This document shows, piece by piece, positions 38,601 to 51,715 of a stretch of 64,000 nt of DNA (position 1 is its first letter; each line of letters opens with the position of its first letter). The notes under the pieces are model-generated. The model did no database searches and had not been told where the DNA came from. It saw only the letters and a list, made by a program, of their open reading frames with translations. The position numbers were made by a program, and so were the translations under genes. Source of the stretch: Sphagnum compactum (lineage: Eukaryota); NCBI GenBank assembly GCA_965153455.1, contig OZ234493.1:9538213-9602212 (forward strand), read 5' to 3'.

Positions 38601-41600
38601 ATGAAAGTTATGAAGGCTCCAAAGTTTTGAATTTCTTTGTTTGTGAGAATGTAGATGCATCAAATGGGAATTCTATGAGATTGATATTTGGGGAGGTCAC
38701 TCCCTTGTCATTTTGGTGGACACTTCAGGTTAAAGGATATTTTGTGAGGGGGGTATTAATTTGTTTTTGTTTTTCTTACACCTTATAATTATATAATATT
38801 GTAATATACAACATTTTTGAACATGCTATTTTTTTATATTCAACAACAATTCATGGAATATTATATATCCTATTGTAACATAAAAGTTAAATTTACATAA
38901 AAATACAATGTCATTATTTGCTAGAAACCCAAGAAATGATTTTTGAAAATAGGATATCACATATCCACCATTAGAGATTTTTGTTTTCTACAAATTTTTT
39001 TAGGGTTTCTAAATTTTGGTTTTTTCCAAGGGGATTGGCACTTTAACAAAAGTTTTCCAAAAACTTTGAAACTTTTGGTTCCACAATGACATTTTTTCTT
39101 GAGAGGATGAAAAAAAAAAAAAAAAAAAAACTATATGTATGAATAAGTTGTGAAAATAAGTCTCCAAATTATTTGAAATATTTAAATTTATCATGTGAAA
39201 AAAAATGTTTACTTGCAAGGCTTTTTCTTGTATCTACATGTTATACATAACCTTTATTTATAGGTGTTCAAGCTTCCAATTGGCTCTCTCCTCATCCCTC
39301 ACAATGCATTTAACCTCTCCTTGTTAATTTTTGTTTTACTTGTACATAATCTACAAAAAAATGGTTAAATGGATCTTCATCCATCCATAGAAGGTTATTA
39401 AAAATTTATATTCACCCTTGGGAGGGTTAGGGAATATTATGGGTTGCTTCCAAAAATCTAAAAAAAATGTTTTGTTTGACAACCAATTACACCAAAACAT
39501 TGGTTATAAAAAATATTTCAGCTTTCCTTCAATTTAACATTTTTGGAGGTTCCCATTTTTTATAAAAATGTTTAGTGGTTGATTGACGCGCATCCTACCA
39601 CATTAGTTATACCTTATTAATAATCTTAAATAAAAAGTCATTGGAACCTTTATTTTAAACTCTATATTAATTAAAATGCTTCTTACCCATAATATTCACA
39701 TCCAATCTTGTTTTGAAAAGTTTTTAGATTTTTACCTTCAAAGAATATACGAAACACAACATTTTGTGCATGTTAGGTTGTAATATTTGGAAGTGGCTTC
39801 CCCAAGGAGTGGTAAAAATTAGAAATGCATAACTTCATTTTTAAATTTGGAGTTTCAACACCATTAAGGTTTTTTTTCCCATTGTCTTTGTATTTTTGTC
39901 TATTGTGAGTTTTCCATCTTAAAATTCCAAGTCATCACACATGCACCTTAAACATCTATGTAATGTTTTTATTCCTAGCAAAATAAACCATTTTTTGACA
40001 AAGAAATTGGGAAATTTTTGGAAAAATTTGTTTTTCCAGTGTAAATTTTGCAAAATTTTTGATACCAAAATAATGGAAAAAAAAAGTATCTATGAGACAA
40101 ATGTGAATGGAATGCCTAAACATGAATTTCCAAGACAATAAAATGTTGAATTATAAAATATTTATGCTTTTACAACATAAATGAAATTAAAGTTATTATT
40201 CAACACCTTGTTGGTAAATTAAATTAAGTATAGTGGTATAATAACTAAAGTTTAAAGTATGGTGGTATAACGGCTAAAAGGTGAAGGTATTGGTGTAGGT
40301 GTTGCCTTGGTTTTTGGTGAACCAACACCTAACCCTCCAAAAGATTTAGGTTAGAAAACTTATTTTCATTTCTTTGTCAAATGGAATGTTTATTGTTTTG
40401 TTGCTTTCCATGCAAGGAAAGCCGATGTAGGCAAGTGAAATGGAAGAGCCCGTGACATATTGTTATAAATTTACATTAAAGAAACAATTTATATTCTTTT
40501 TGTTTGGTTGATTAGGGAGAATTTTAAAAAAAAACATTGAGTAGGTGCACATAACAAACATTTGGCAATGAATTTAATGGTGCATTTTGTTTGTAGCATC
40601 CACTTTCACAAATGGACGTTCTTGTGACATGGTAACCAAAAAGGAAGGGACTTGAAAACCTAACACAATGAATAGAAAATCATGTGAATAACATCATCAC
40701 ATTTAAATAACATCTTTATTTTGTTGATCAAAATCCATTTTTCAACAACAAAGAAACCTATTTACACCACCATCTATCAACAACTTGCATTTTAATGTTG
40801 CATTGATAGGAATGTCAAATAACTTGTAGACCATTATACACATAACAAACTTTTCACATGGAGATGGATGAAATGCTCCATTTTCCACTTTTGTGGTCTT
40901 CTTGTCTTATGTATCATCCCACTTTTGCCATAACCCATATGAGTTCATTTCACAAAACATAAGTTTGTGCCATTTACCTCATCCCATTGACCTTATTTCC
41001 ATTGCCATTTGCTTGATGCTAAGATCATCAAGACATTTCCAACCACACATCACAAACCATAAAAAGAAAATCATGGTTGTGCTTGCAACATTGTTAAAAC
41101 ACCTCACATAATATAGGACCACCATTGTTGAATGCCCTTCATGAGTGAAAAAACAAAAACTCCAAAACTCACCATCACTAGTAGACTTTGCCAAAAGCTT
41201 AAAACCCTAAAACTAGTTGGACTATTTTTGAGTCCACAACACCACCAAAGTATTGCGTAGACCAAAGCTTCATGATGTTTGGTCACTTGATATTCCATTC
41301 ACCACTCCAACCACAAAAATTGCCATGCTTCACTCATATAGTCTTGTTCATATTTTGTGCACTTTTTGTGCTTTTTAGGCCACTTTAGATGAGGATCCAA
41401 GGTCCAATGAAATAGAGTAATCCTATTGGATGAAAGCCATAAATTGGACCTATTGCCTTTAAATGAGGGTCCAAAACCAAAAAGTGACAAATCGAGGCTA
41501 AATCTACATGGCACCATATTGGGAGGAAAAATCAATTGATTTGAAGGAAAAAAAAAAGAGCTCTAAAGGAGAGCTTGTTATTCGAGTAAAGCCCAACGCC

Positions 41601-44600
41601 GTGGGCTTCACTCGAATAAGGACCCATGAATAAGGACCCATATGGGGTGACGCCTAGTGTAGGTTAAATTTGAGTAAAGACCTCAGCCAAGGGCTTTACC
41701 CAGTGTAAAAGACTAAAGACCCGCTCTGATTTTTTTTTTCCTCTTTTATCCCGTGATACCTAAGGCTGGTGCCTTGGGTGCCTTGGGCAAAAGAAAACGA
41801 AGAAAGGTCGGGCGTTTCAAAAAATGCAATGCTCAATGGCGCGCGTTCTTCTATCTTTTGGAACGCCCCCCAAATAGCCAAGGAAAAAAAATACATTGTG
41901 TAACATCATCCCCTTTTGAATTGCCATTAAAAAAATCGAGCACGACTTCTACGTCTTTACCCGAGTTTCACATTCAAAATTCAATTTAAGAATTTGAAGA
42001 TTTTAGAGAATTTAGAGAATTTAGAGAATTTAGAATGTGGATTGGAAATTTGATTTAAAACTAACCCAAACTGAGACCTAAGGTTGTTGTGACACCAGTG
42101 ATGTGTGGGTAAAACTTTACCATGGGTTTAGGGTTCAGGGTTTAGGGTTATGGATTTTATTGTAGAGTTAATACATACTGTACCTAGCTTGTACATATTG
42201 CAGAATTAGCCAGCCTTTATTTACTGAGCTAGTAACAGTTGAAGTTTTACAATTACATGGGGAGGGTAATTGTTTTGTTGAAGTGGGTAAACATAGGGTA
42301 AATATATGCCAAAATTATAATAGAGCATATATGCATTTTCATGTTTTGAAATGCATATGGTCATGATGGTGTTGTTCAAATTAATGTGACTAATTATTGA
42401 ATATATATTTTTTATTGTGGAATTTTTATTTTTTATTCATTAGATTAAATATTTTGAAAAATATTCTTACCATATGCTCTTGGAACTAATGTTTTTTTTG
42501 GGGAGCAATTTTTTGCATTTTGGCCACAAAGTTTTTGAAAAAAATTGGATTCTTTTAAAAAGTGAAAATTGGAAAAAGTTGCTGAAATTTAAATTTTGGA
42601 AAGATTCACCAAACTTTCGAAAGCATAAAATTGAAGGGAAAAAAAAAAAAACCATGCTTAAAATCCTTTAGATTTTACTACCATTTGCCATTATAGAAAT
42701 TCTTCGAAAATATTTCTTCTTTAGATTTTACTACCATTTGCCATTATACATTTCTTCCTTTGATATTGAGAGGCAATTTTCCATGTTTGGATTTGTTGTT
42801 GGATGTTCTTGATTTGCTATTACTAGTGTCATGTGGACATAACTTATGCAATTAATCAAAATTTGGTAGTATGTAAAGTTTCATGTCATTGAACACTTTC
42901 CTCCCACACCATGATATATGTTACATCAACAAGCTCTCAAGTTCATCTCTAAAAACTTCAGCTCAACTCTTGAGATGAACTTGATAACTTGTTCCTTGTG
43001 GCATAGCTATGGGCTACCTTTGAAAAATGGGTTCAATGTGTTGCATTCATTATGTCTCATTTTCATAAGTTGGATGAATGTAATCCATTGCTCATATATT
43101 TGGTTAAAGCAGATAACTTGTGAACTAAGCTAATGCACATATGACTTTGTTATAATTATTATAGATTGCTAATGTGGCTTACAATGTTGTAATTGTTACA
43201 AAGAATCCTATTCATAATGCCCAAAGTCATCCCCTTTATATTAGGGGTCCATTTTATAGGACTTATAATTTTGTTTTAAATAAAAAGCCAAATTCTATTT
43301 AAATCAAATAATTTCATGCCTTTATTGTTCATGGAATAATTAGATTTCTAATTAACATTAAAATGGGTTTTAAAAATCAATTAACAATACTTTTGGGACC
43401 AAGTGGGTTGTCAAAAGTCACCCCAAAACATAACCAATGCTTAATGCTTATTGTGATAACTAATTATTTAAATTGATGTTGAAAGTTTTGGATGAACTTG
43501 TAAAAAAAATTTCTTATGCATTAAGGGAATATTTGAGAAAATTTTAAATGAATTCAATGAGTGTTGAATATTAAAAAATAAATTAAAATATGGCATTTTT
43601 TCATTGTTTAGAAAAAAAATGAAATGATTTGAAAATGATATATTTATGATATATTTTTTATCTCTATCTTTCCATTATAATATAATGTAATATTTTTTCA
43701 TCATCATAATTTTAAAATTTTGATTTATGAATCAACATATTTGTAAAATATTTTGTCTTTTAAAGACTCATTAAGAACACAATCCTTGTACTATGTTTGC
43801 ACCCTTTTATCAATCGATATTGGTCTTGAATGTTGAATATTTACTAACCACCAAGAATCTAGTTCACCAATAAGTTATAAACATTTAAACGACTCATATT
43901 ATGACGCACTCCTAAATGCATGAAAATGATAATAAACATTATCTACCAATTGTTGATGAAAAATGAGAATCTACCCAACACTTTTTGCATCATTGAGGAG
44001 GTTGATTGGTCACCCATCCTACCATTCTTTTCGGCTTAAGTTGAATCAACGAAATTGCATCCTCGCAAGCAACAATATTTATTAGTGCAAAGTGTAATAA
44101 CTTCAATCACAAGTATTAGATTAATGCAACAATTTCTAAAGACATTTTCAAAAGGAAACTTGCAATGACTTAAGGCCAAAATCAAGTTATTAGTAACTAC
44201 ATAGTTGAATGGGTTTTTGTTGTCCACAAAAAATGGAAGAATTTTCGCCTCACCTCTAAAACAAATCTACAATACAAAAGATCCTTCCAATTCATAAGGA
44301 GTAAGCATAACATCCCTCAACCTCAACTATGCCTTGTGATTCAAGTATGTTTTGATTCACGATAACCTTTGCCTCATGTTTTATAATGAGTAATGTCAAG
44401 CGGTGGGGGACATTCCCAAAAATGCGAGGCCAAACTTGACCACCACCTCATCTTAAACCCCTTATTTCGGGAATGGCCTCACCTTAGGGTTTTAGTGAGA
44501 AGATCATGGAACATACCAAAGCATAACATAAATAGAGAAATGCCAACCTAGACTACTTTGACGACAACTTATATGAAAAATTATTTGATCTTTTATATGA

Positions 44601-47600
44601 AAAGGTTCATCACACAAAGGAAATATGCATACATTGTCCTACCATAAGACAAACGAGGATAATCTTTTTACGTATGGAACTGCCTTGGGGCCACATCCAA
44701 GTGCTCGAAGCCCTAGGGTACCATTGCAGCTCCACCGAACTCTATAGGCTGGGAACCTGGAGGGAGGACATAAACCATGCAATTGGTATGTGAGGGAATG
44801 TACATGTGGGCCACAAGGAGCACATCATGACCACTTTCTGGTACTTGTTCCTCCTTTCAAAAAACTTGGTATCTATCAGAAACAAACCCTAAACTAATAA
44901 CAAACCACCTGGACCAATCATTATGATTCGCCACTCAGAAACAGGGAACATCAGTCAGATCATATTATTTATCATCAAAACCCCAGCAAAACTTCATTAC
45001 ACTCTTCTCTGGCAAGTGTTAGGCTTTGCTGTGCCTTTTACCAATGTCAACAACAAACTGTGCAAAATATTGGGCCAAAACCATTTTGCTGAGACAAAGT
45101 GGCATAAAGTTTTTTCACTTTCTTTCTCCATATCTATCAGTTCCTGAGAATGTTGTAATAAGTAAATAACACATCCATCTGTTCATGGTATCTCTTGATA
45201 AGTCAAGTCATTTCAAATCCCCTCATGAGGATGTGGGAGAGACATATCGGGTATATGTGGAAAATTTAAGGATTCACTCCTTTAAACATTCACTTACAAA
45301 AAGATCTTATTTTATTACAATACATAATGACGTATGTTGTGGACTCGTTAAACGTCCAACACTCCGGTAAACCTCCATTTACAAAAGGGGATCTTATTAC
45401 ATACATAATGATGACATTGTGGACGAGAATTCCCACTTTGTGAAATGCTTGTGCACGGGATCAGACATGGGACTCGTATGGTGGGGGTTGTCATACTCAC
45501 CTGCCTCCATCATATTATACATTGGGTAATGCCATTACCCTGACATTATCCAGCTTTTTTCCTTAAATGAAACAACCGAATCTCTTGTGTGATACACAAG
45601 AGATGACGACCAATGCAACCCTTTTCCCGTTGGAGGAGGTAGGAAACCTAACAATGAAAGTTTGTGATAATGTCTTTGACGGGTATGGTGCAATTACTTT
45701 CCGTCCCCAAATGTATGACTCAAACATGCACAAACCTTACCTTCATTGCAGTTATGAACATGAAAATAATGGACTCGTAGTGGGTGGGGTCCGGTCCGGT
45801 CGGGTTGGCGATAGATAGTCGCATCATGTAGTGGCATGTGCTTAGAAAACGCACCCATGTAAGTGTAATAGACTTTGGATGGAATTAGTATTATGTGAAG
45901 TGATGCTAGACTTTTTTTTGGCTTTGGGTGAAGATATCAATCAATCGCATGTGCATGGAAAAAAATGGGACTTCGAGTGTGTAAGGGTATTAGACTTTGG
46001 GTTTGAGGAAGGATATCAAAAGCATGTGCATGGAAAGGGAAAGAGATTCAATTAAGTTTACCAAAATAAAGGATTAGTCTTTGGGTAAGAGAAGTTCACA
46101 CTTGAGAGTCAATGGCACATGCTAATAATGAATAGCAGTAGTAGTAGTGTGCATGGAAAAATAACAATAATTTGATGGGTGATGATGGGCAGCACCAAAA
46201 TGTGTCTTTGGGCACCACCGGACACAATCTTGGATGGGCAAAAGGGCACTCACGGACAAAAAAAAGAAGCAAGCAATGCTTTTGTACTGGTTACAAGTAT
46301 GTGCACATATAATGTTGGGGGAACTAAACTAACTCCTGTACATGTGAACCATGGGACATAACTATTAATTTAACTGAAATGATGGAAAATGTGTATCTGA
46401 AAGACAATTATGTATTGAACATGTTTAGGTGTTAATTTGTTGGAGAGTTAAGACAACACCCAAATCTGATTCTTCAAACATTATTATTCTAAAATAGGCA
46501 TAAAAAAGTAAAATTTTGATAAGTCATTTGTAAGCTTTAATGAGCAGTGCTTTGCTTTTTCAAATTTGTGAAGTAAGGGTTGGTGATCATCCACAAGAGG
46601 ACCATTGTTTAAAATTCCCAAATTCCTCTTATATTTTTTTATGACATGTTGAAACCTATTGTCTAATTATGGCAACTTTTGATTTTTTTTTTCTTTGTAA
46701 TGTGATGACTTGGGCCAAATTTTCCTTAAAAAAATCCTTTGTATCATTTTGCACCTCCATCTTTTTCTTTACCTGGATATGAAAATTTGCCACAATAGAA
46801 TAATGAGAGGTGGCTATATTATGGATTGGTATGAGACAAGTATATAGCTTATATTGAAATTTGTATGACCCCTTGTATAAAGTTAGTATCAAATCTTTTG
46901 TAAAATTTCCATCCAAGGCACGTATTGATATCAAATCTTTTAAAAAACAATTCATATTAGGGAAGTATTGATCCGAGGAGAGAGTTATTTATTGCCTTGT
47001 GTCCCTCCCTACCTTCAAGTCGAATCTTTGATACTAAGATTAACATGAGTTTATATATCAAGGTTCCATCAATATACCCACCCAACACTGCATGTAACCT
47101 ATTTTGAATTGGATGAATAGTTGATTGAATATTGTAATTACATACGGGGCTCACATGAAATCATCCATCCGTAAGCAAAACCTTTTATGGACGAATTTCT
47201 TTGTGGGCAAAACTTTGAAACAAGTCATTGCTTGAACTTTTCCGTAACAATTTATTGAGGGGCTGAAGCAAGAGGCAACGAATTCAAAATTTACCCATTG
47301 ATTTCCAAGGACCACAAGGCAAGTGGCAAGGGTCATGTTTAAACCTTAAAGATCTCCGTTCTATTCAAGCAATTGGGGGGTTTTTTCACAACACATTAGT
47401 GTTATCTTGGGCAATTGGTTGTTTCGCATGTGGTAAGTTGTAGCTTGGATACCTTTAGTTTAAGGTTGGTGCGAGTGTCTTTGACATTCCATAGTCCCAA
47501 GATAGGGGCATTGAAAGACTTGTGCAAGCAAAGTGACTCATGATAACATCATGTTTGATGCTCACAATTGTGAAAGGCCCACACGAGGAGGAGTTCCTAT

Positions 47601-47819
47601 CCAAGGGGTGTGTATAGTATGTTGCTATCGACACTAGCAAAAGAAAGGTTTGATACCATCTAATCGACCTAGATGTTCATGAACCCTAACTATTTGTAAC
47701 TAGGGTTAGTTTAAAGCTTTTTTCAGTCTTTAAGCTATTGAAAGTGAAATTATATGTGTAATAACTTGTAGGGTTTTTCAATAATAATAATAATAATAAT
47801 AATAATTTTTATTTTTTTG

Positions 47820-48080
47820 GTAATGTGACCAAATTGGCAATCATCCACAAGAAGATTTAAGTAAATTTGGTTATAGACTAGATATGAAAGTGAATTTTTT
47901 TAAAAATTCATTTATATTTTGGTTACATATTGGAACTTGTTGTAAAAAATTGATGAATTTTTTTAATTCTTTTTTTGACCATATGGTGAATTAAAGACAT
48001 GTTTTTCACCCAAAAAAAAAACTTTTGTATGTGTCAAATTCATTTTAGAACAAGAAATTTGGCCCAAAAATAAACATTGG
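47820..48080. mobile_element. Representative copy of an abundant short dispersed repeat family
   Basis: The motif (g/t)ggc(a/g)atcatccacaagaagattt.g..aaatttgg.ta recurs in either orientation near 7520, 9150, 12620, 24290, 24700, 46580, 47830, 49960, 50160, 51840 and 53620. Confidence 0.7.
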
Positions 48081-49284
48081 CAATAACCCACTAAGCATAC
48101 CAAGACATATATTGGCCTCGACTTTAGGAACATCGTGTTGAAGAAAGAAGACATGAGGCCAAACCCATGTGCTACGGTTGCTTTGCCGTTATGTGATATT
48201 CCGAATTTTTGACGTCGTCTACGAATGAATAATTGGGTGTTCCGTAGAGGAAACGCACAAGCCCATTTCCCCTAGGGCATGTCAAACGGCCTATAAATTT
48301 CACTTCCCCCCCCCTCGTTTGGTGAAACAAAAGATGCGCTTGTCTTGTCTCCTTCCTTCCGTCTTCGGAATCCGATTATCATACTTTTTGTTCCGCGACG
48401 ATGATGATGGAAGATGATCAAACAAACTTGAGAGTCTATGGGAGTGTGCTTATACTATTTTTTTTGTCCATTTTGGATTTTCTGCATCGGAACCCTACTA
48501 CCACGGCTTCATAGTATAATGTATTTGGTATCGTATTTGTCGCACACAAGGGGAATTAAATTTTTTTTTTCAATTTTTTTTTTCTTGGGTCACGCCATGA
48601 GGAAGAAAAGAAAAAATTAGTCACCGTACGGGTATTGACACAAATTTTTTTTTTATAAAAAAGAAACCGGAGAAAAACAAAAAAGAAAATCACTCGAGAG
48701 TCAGCTTTCAAAGTCTTTTCATGTGTGTGTGTGGGTGCGGGGGGTGAGAGGGGGGGGGGGGTGGTTTTGGGTGTTGCAAAATTATTCCATGTACTTTCTC
48801 GTCTTTGGTGCTTGTCCAACAAATATTAGGCATGCACTCGTTCCTTCTCCCCCTCCCCGCCCCCACAAGCCTATTTACGTCGTCGCTCGCACGAGAGGTG
48901 GACCGTTGGCTAGAACAACACCCCATGCTAGACGGAAGATATTGTTTCCGGGAGAAAGTTAGGTCCAATGTTTCGATAAGCTTAATCCGTAAACTAGGGT
49001 CAGCTTTCACCGAGACAAAAAATAATTCATTCTTAAAATTTTTTAAAAAAAACTTTATTATTATTGTTGTCCGTTTTCAACACCTCGGCTTCGTATTTTC
49101 ACAAAATTCAGCTTCAATATTTTCAAGGATTATAAATTTAAGGAGAAAAATGGACCCACCCTAAGAAGGTTTCGAGTAAAGCAGACCGATTCAAAGAAAA
49201 ACAAGAACAAGCAGCTCGTTGCATAAACGGAGCTGCCCCCCCCCCCCCCCCATTCAGCAAAGTTGAAAGTTGAAACCAAATACC

Positions 49285-49504
49285 GTAGTACCTTGGCCAT
49301 TTCAACACATATGTCTCTCGAATAATTAATTAATTAATTAATTAACTATCAATTTTTTTAAAAATTCATTTCAACTAACGAAATATTCCTAAATATTCAC
49401 TATTAACCTTCACAATATTTTTTGGATTTGAAAAAAATAATTTTTGAAAATTTCAACAATTCTGAAAATAATATAAATTAGTGTGGAATTGGCCAAGGTA
49501 CTAC
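49285..49504. mobile_element. MITE, 220 bp, 24-bp TIRs
   Basis: gtagtaccttggccatttcaacac versus gtgtggaattggccaaggtactac (2 mismatches), with an AT-rich interior. Confidence 0.8.
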
Positions 49505-50359
49505 TAGGGTACTACTCTTAAAATAAGAAGTGTTTTTATTGGACCAACCAAAAAAAAAAAAATTCCCCAATTTTTTGATATCAAAAAGTTGGGCTAATTT
49601 TTCCAAATCAGAAGAATTGATCAAATTTACAATAAAAAAAATTCTTCAAAATTTTACAAATTCTTTTCCCAAAAAATCAATGAAATTGTTACAATGTGTT
49701 TTTAAAACGTATTTACATTGCAAAGTTTCTCACCAAAAAAAGAAAGGCAAGTGGAAGAACCTTTGCATAGTGTGAAAACGGAATACTTTTTCCGTAGGCG
49801 AAAATTTTTGACAGTGGCTTTTTTCTTGGGAAGAGATGGCAAAAGTAGTCACATTTTGAGGGGGAAAAAAAAAAGGTCACGTTTTGCCATATTTAGACAT
49901 TGAGTTCTTAGAAATAGGCATGACTCTAGAAATTTTCTACTTTATTTTCTGACCTCTAGCCAAATTTGGCTCAGTCCTCTTGTGAATGATCACCAGTCCA
50001 CCTACTTGACAAAATCGGGGAAAAAGAAAAAAGAAGAAAAAAGAAAAACCCTGGTTGGACCTATATTTTGCACAAGAAAAAACACATAAAATATTCCAAA
50101 AGAAGGCTTTTTTTTTTTTTTTTTTCCCTTCTTCTTGTTCAATATTGTGAGGTAAGTGGGACTGGTGATCATCCACAAAAGGAATTAGCCAAATTTGGCT
50201 ATAAGTCTGAGAGGGAAATACAATTTTTTTGGCAACCTGCTATCCTCTGGCAACATGTTGGAACCTCTGGTCTAAATATGGCAATTTCAAACCTTCTTTC
50301 TTCCAAATATGGCGACATTGGGCCATTTTCTTCCAAAAAAAACCCTTTGTAATTGTCAC

Positions 50360-50596
50360 ATATGTGATCCATCCCGCCATCGCCTTTGCATTTTCTCTCT
50401 CTCTCTCTCCGTCTAGACGGATGACGGGATGCATGAAATGTCTGTCCGGCTTAAATAGACGGATGACGGGATGCATGAAATGTCCGTCCGGCTTAAATAG
50501 TCGGATGACAAGATGGATGAAATGTCCGTCCGGTTGGATGACGGGACGGATTAAGGGGAAGCTTCAATACGTCCTTTACTATATATAATATATAGA
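50360..50596 (-). mobile_element. Helitron-like 5' end with a 42-bp tandem repeat (about 3.5 copies)
   Basis: Minus strand begins A|TCTATATATTATATA at 50596. The unit tagacggatgacgggatgcatgaaatgtccgtccggcttaaa repeats from ~50414. The 3' end was not located. Confidence 0.5.
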
Positions 50597-50600
50597 TATG

Positions 50601-51000
50601 CCGTAATATCTTGGTGAATTTGGCACACGAATGTTGAATAATTAATTTAACTTTAGTTTCCTGACTCCGTGTTGGGGTTTTTAATTTTGAATTTTTCAAC
50701 AGCAAAAAAATGAATTAATTGTAAGCTACCCTTGTTTTCATGCAATTTAAACTCTTTTGGTGGTCAAGTGGACCTCTGTTTTGTATCCTCCTTTCAAATC
50801 AACCGGGTATCGAACTTTTACATCTTAAGCAACTTTTTCAAAATTTTAACAGAGTAAAAAAATCACAAAAAATTTCAAAATTATAAAAAAAAAATCAGCA
50901 AATCAGAAAAGAAAATTATAAAAAAATTCAACAATTTTTTTCAAAATTTAAACAAAATTTTTAAAATTTTAATTTATGCCGAATCTGCCAAGGTACTATG
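50601..51000. mobile_element. MITE related to 49285-49504
   Basis: Ends ccgtaatatcttggtgaatttggca and tgccgaatctgccaaggtactatg resemble the same TIR. Confidence 0.55.
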
Positions 51001-51336
51001 ATATACGGTTGCCATCACCACAAAATGGGGGTCAATGCGAACCAGCAACTTAGGCTCCAAAGCTGCGTAGATCCAGTGCACGGGCAACCGTAAAATGGCC
51101 CGGACACCGTACAATTTGACGAAGTACTACGGTTTTCATGTAGCCGGAAAATTGGGGTTAAACTTGTGATATTCCGGACAAGAGAAACAAATACAAATAA
51201 GAGACATTTCATGATGTTCCGAAGAAATGAACTCCCAAAATACGGGCCAAGTATTTTAAACCCTAAATCATAGTGCCACTAGTTGTGCACTTGGTAACGT
51301 TTGGAAAAGCCCATTGACGAGTACAATTGCAATGGG

Positions 51337-51715
51337 GTGGTTTTGTAATGTTTAAAACCTTTGGTGTGAGAATTATTGAATATAGAATATTTTTTTGGAG
51401 AGTGGCTTTGTAATTTTTAGACCTATCGTGTGAGAGTTATTGAATATAGAACAATTTTTTCATTGAAAAGAAATTGATTTTTTCTTTTTGGTGGCTTTGT
51501 AATTTTTAGACCTATCATGTTAGAGTTATTGAATATAGAAAATAAAATCCATTGAATTTTTTATTTTTTTAAAAGGTTGGCTTTGTAAATTTTAGACCTA
51601 TTGTGTGAGAGTTATTGAATATGGAAATTTTTTTTCTCATTGAAAAAAAAAGGTAATTTTTAGATGTGGCTTTCTAATGTTTAGACCTATGGTGTGAGAG
51701 TTATTCAATAATATT
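51337..51715. repeat. Tandem repeat, 5 units of about 65-90 bp
   Basis: Core gtggctttgtaatttttagacctat.gtgtgagagttattgaatat at ~51337, 51402, 51491, 51577 and 51666. Confidence 0.85.

Noticed and set aside
42124..42150. Interstitial telomere (gggtttagggttcagggtttagggtt)
   Set aside because: Only about 3.5 imperfect units, and similar short motifs occur repeatedly in this window.
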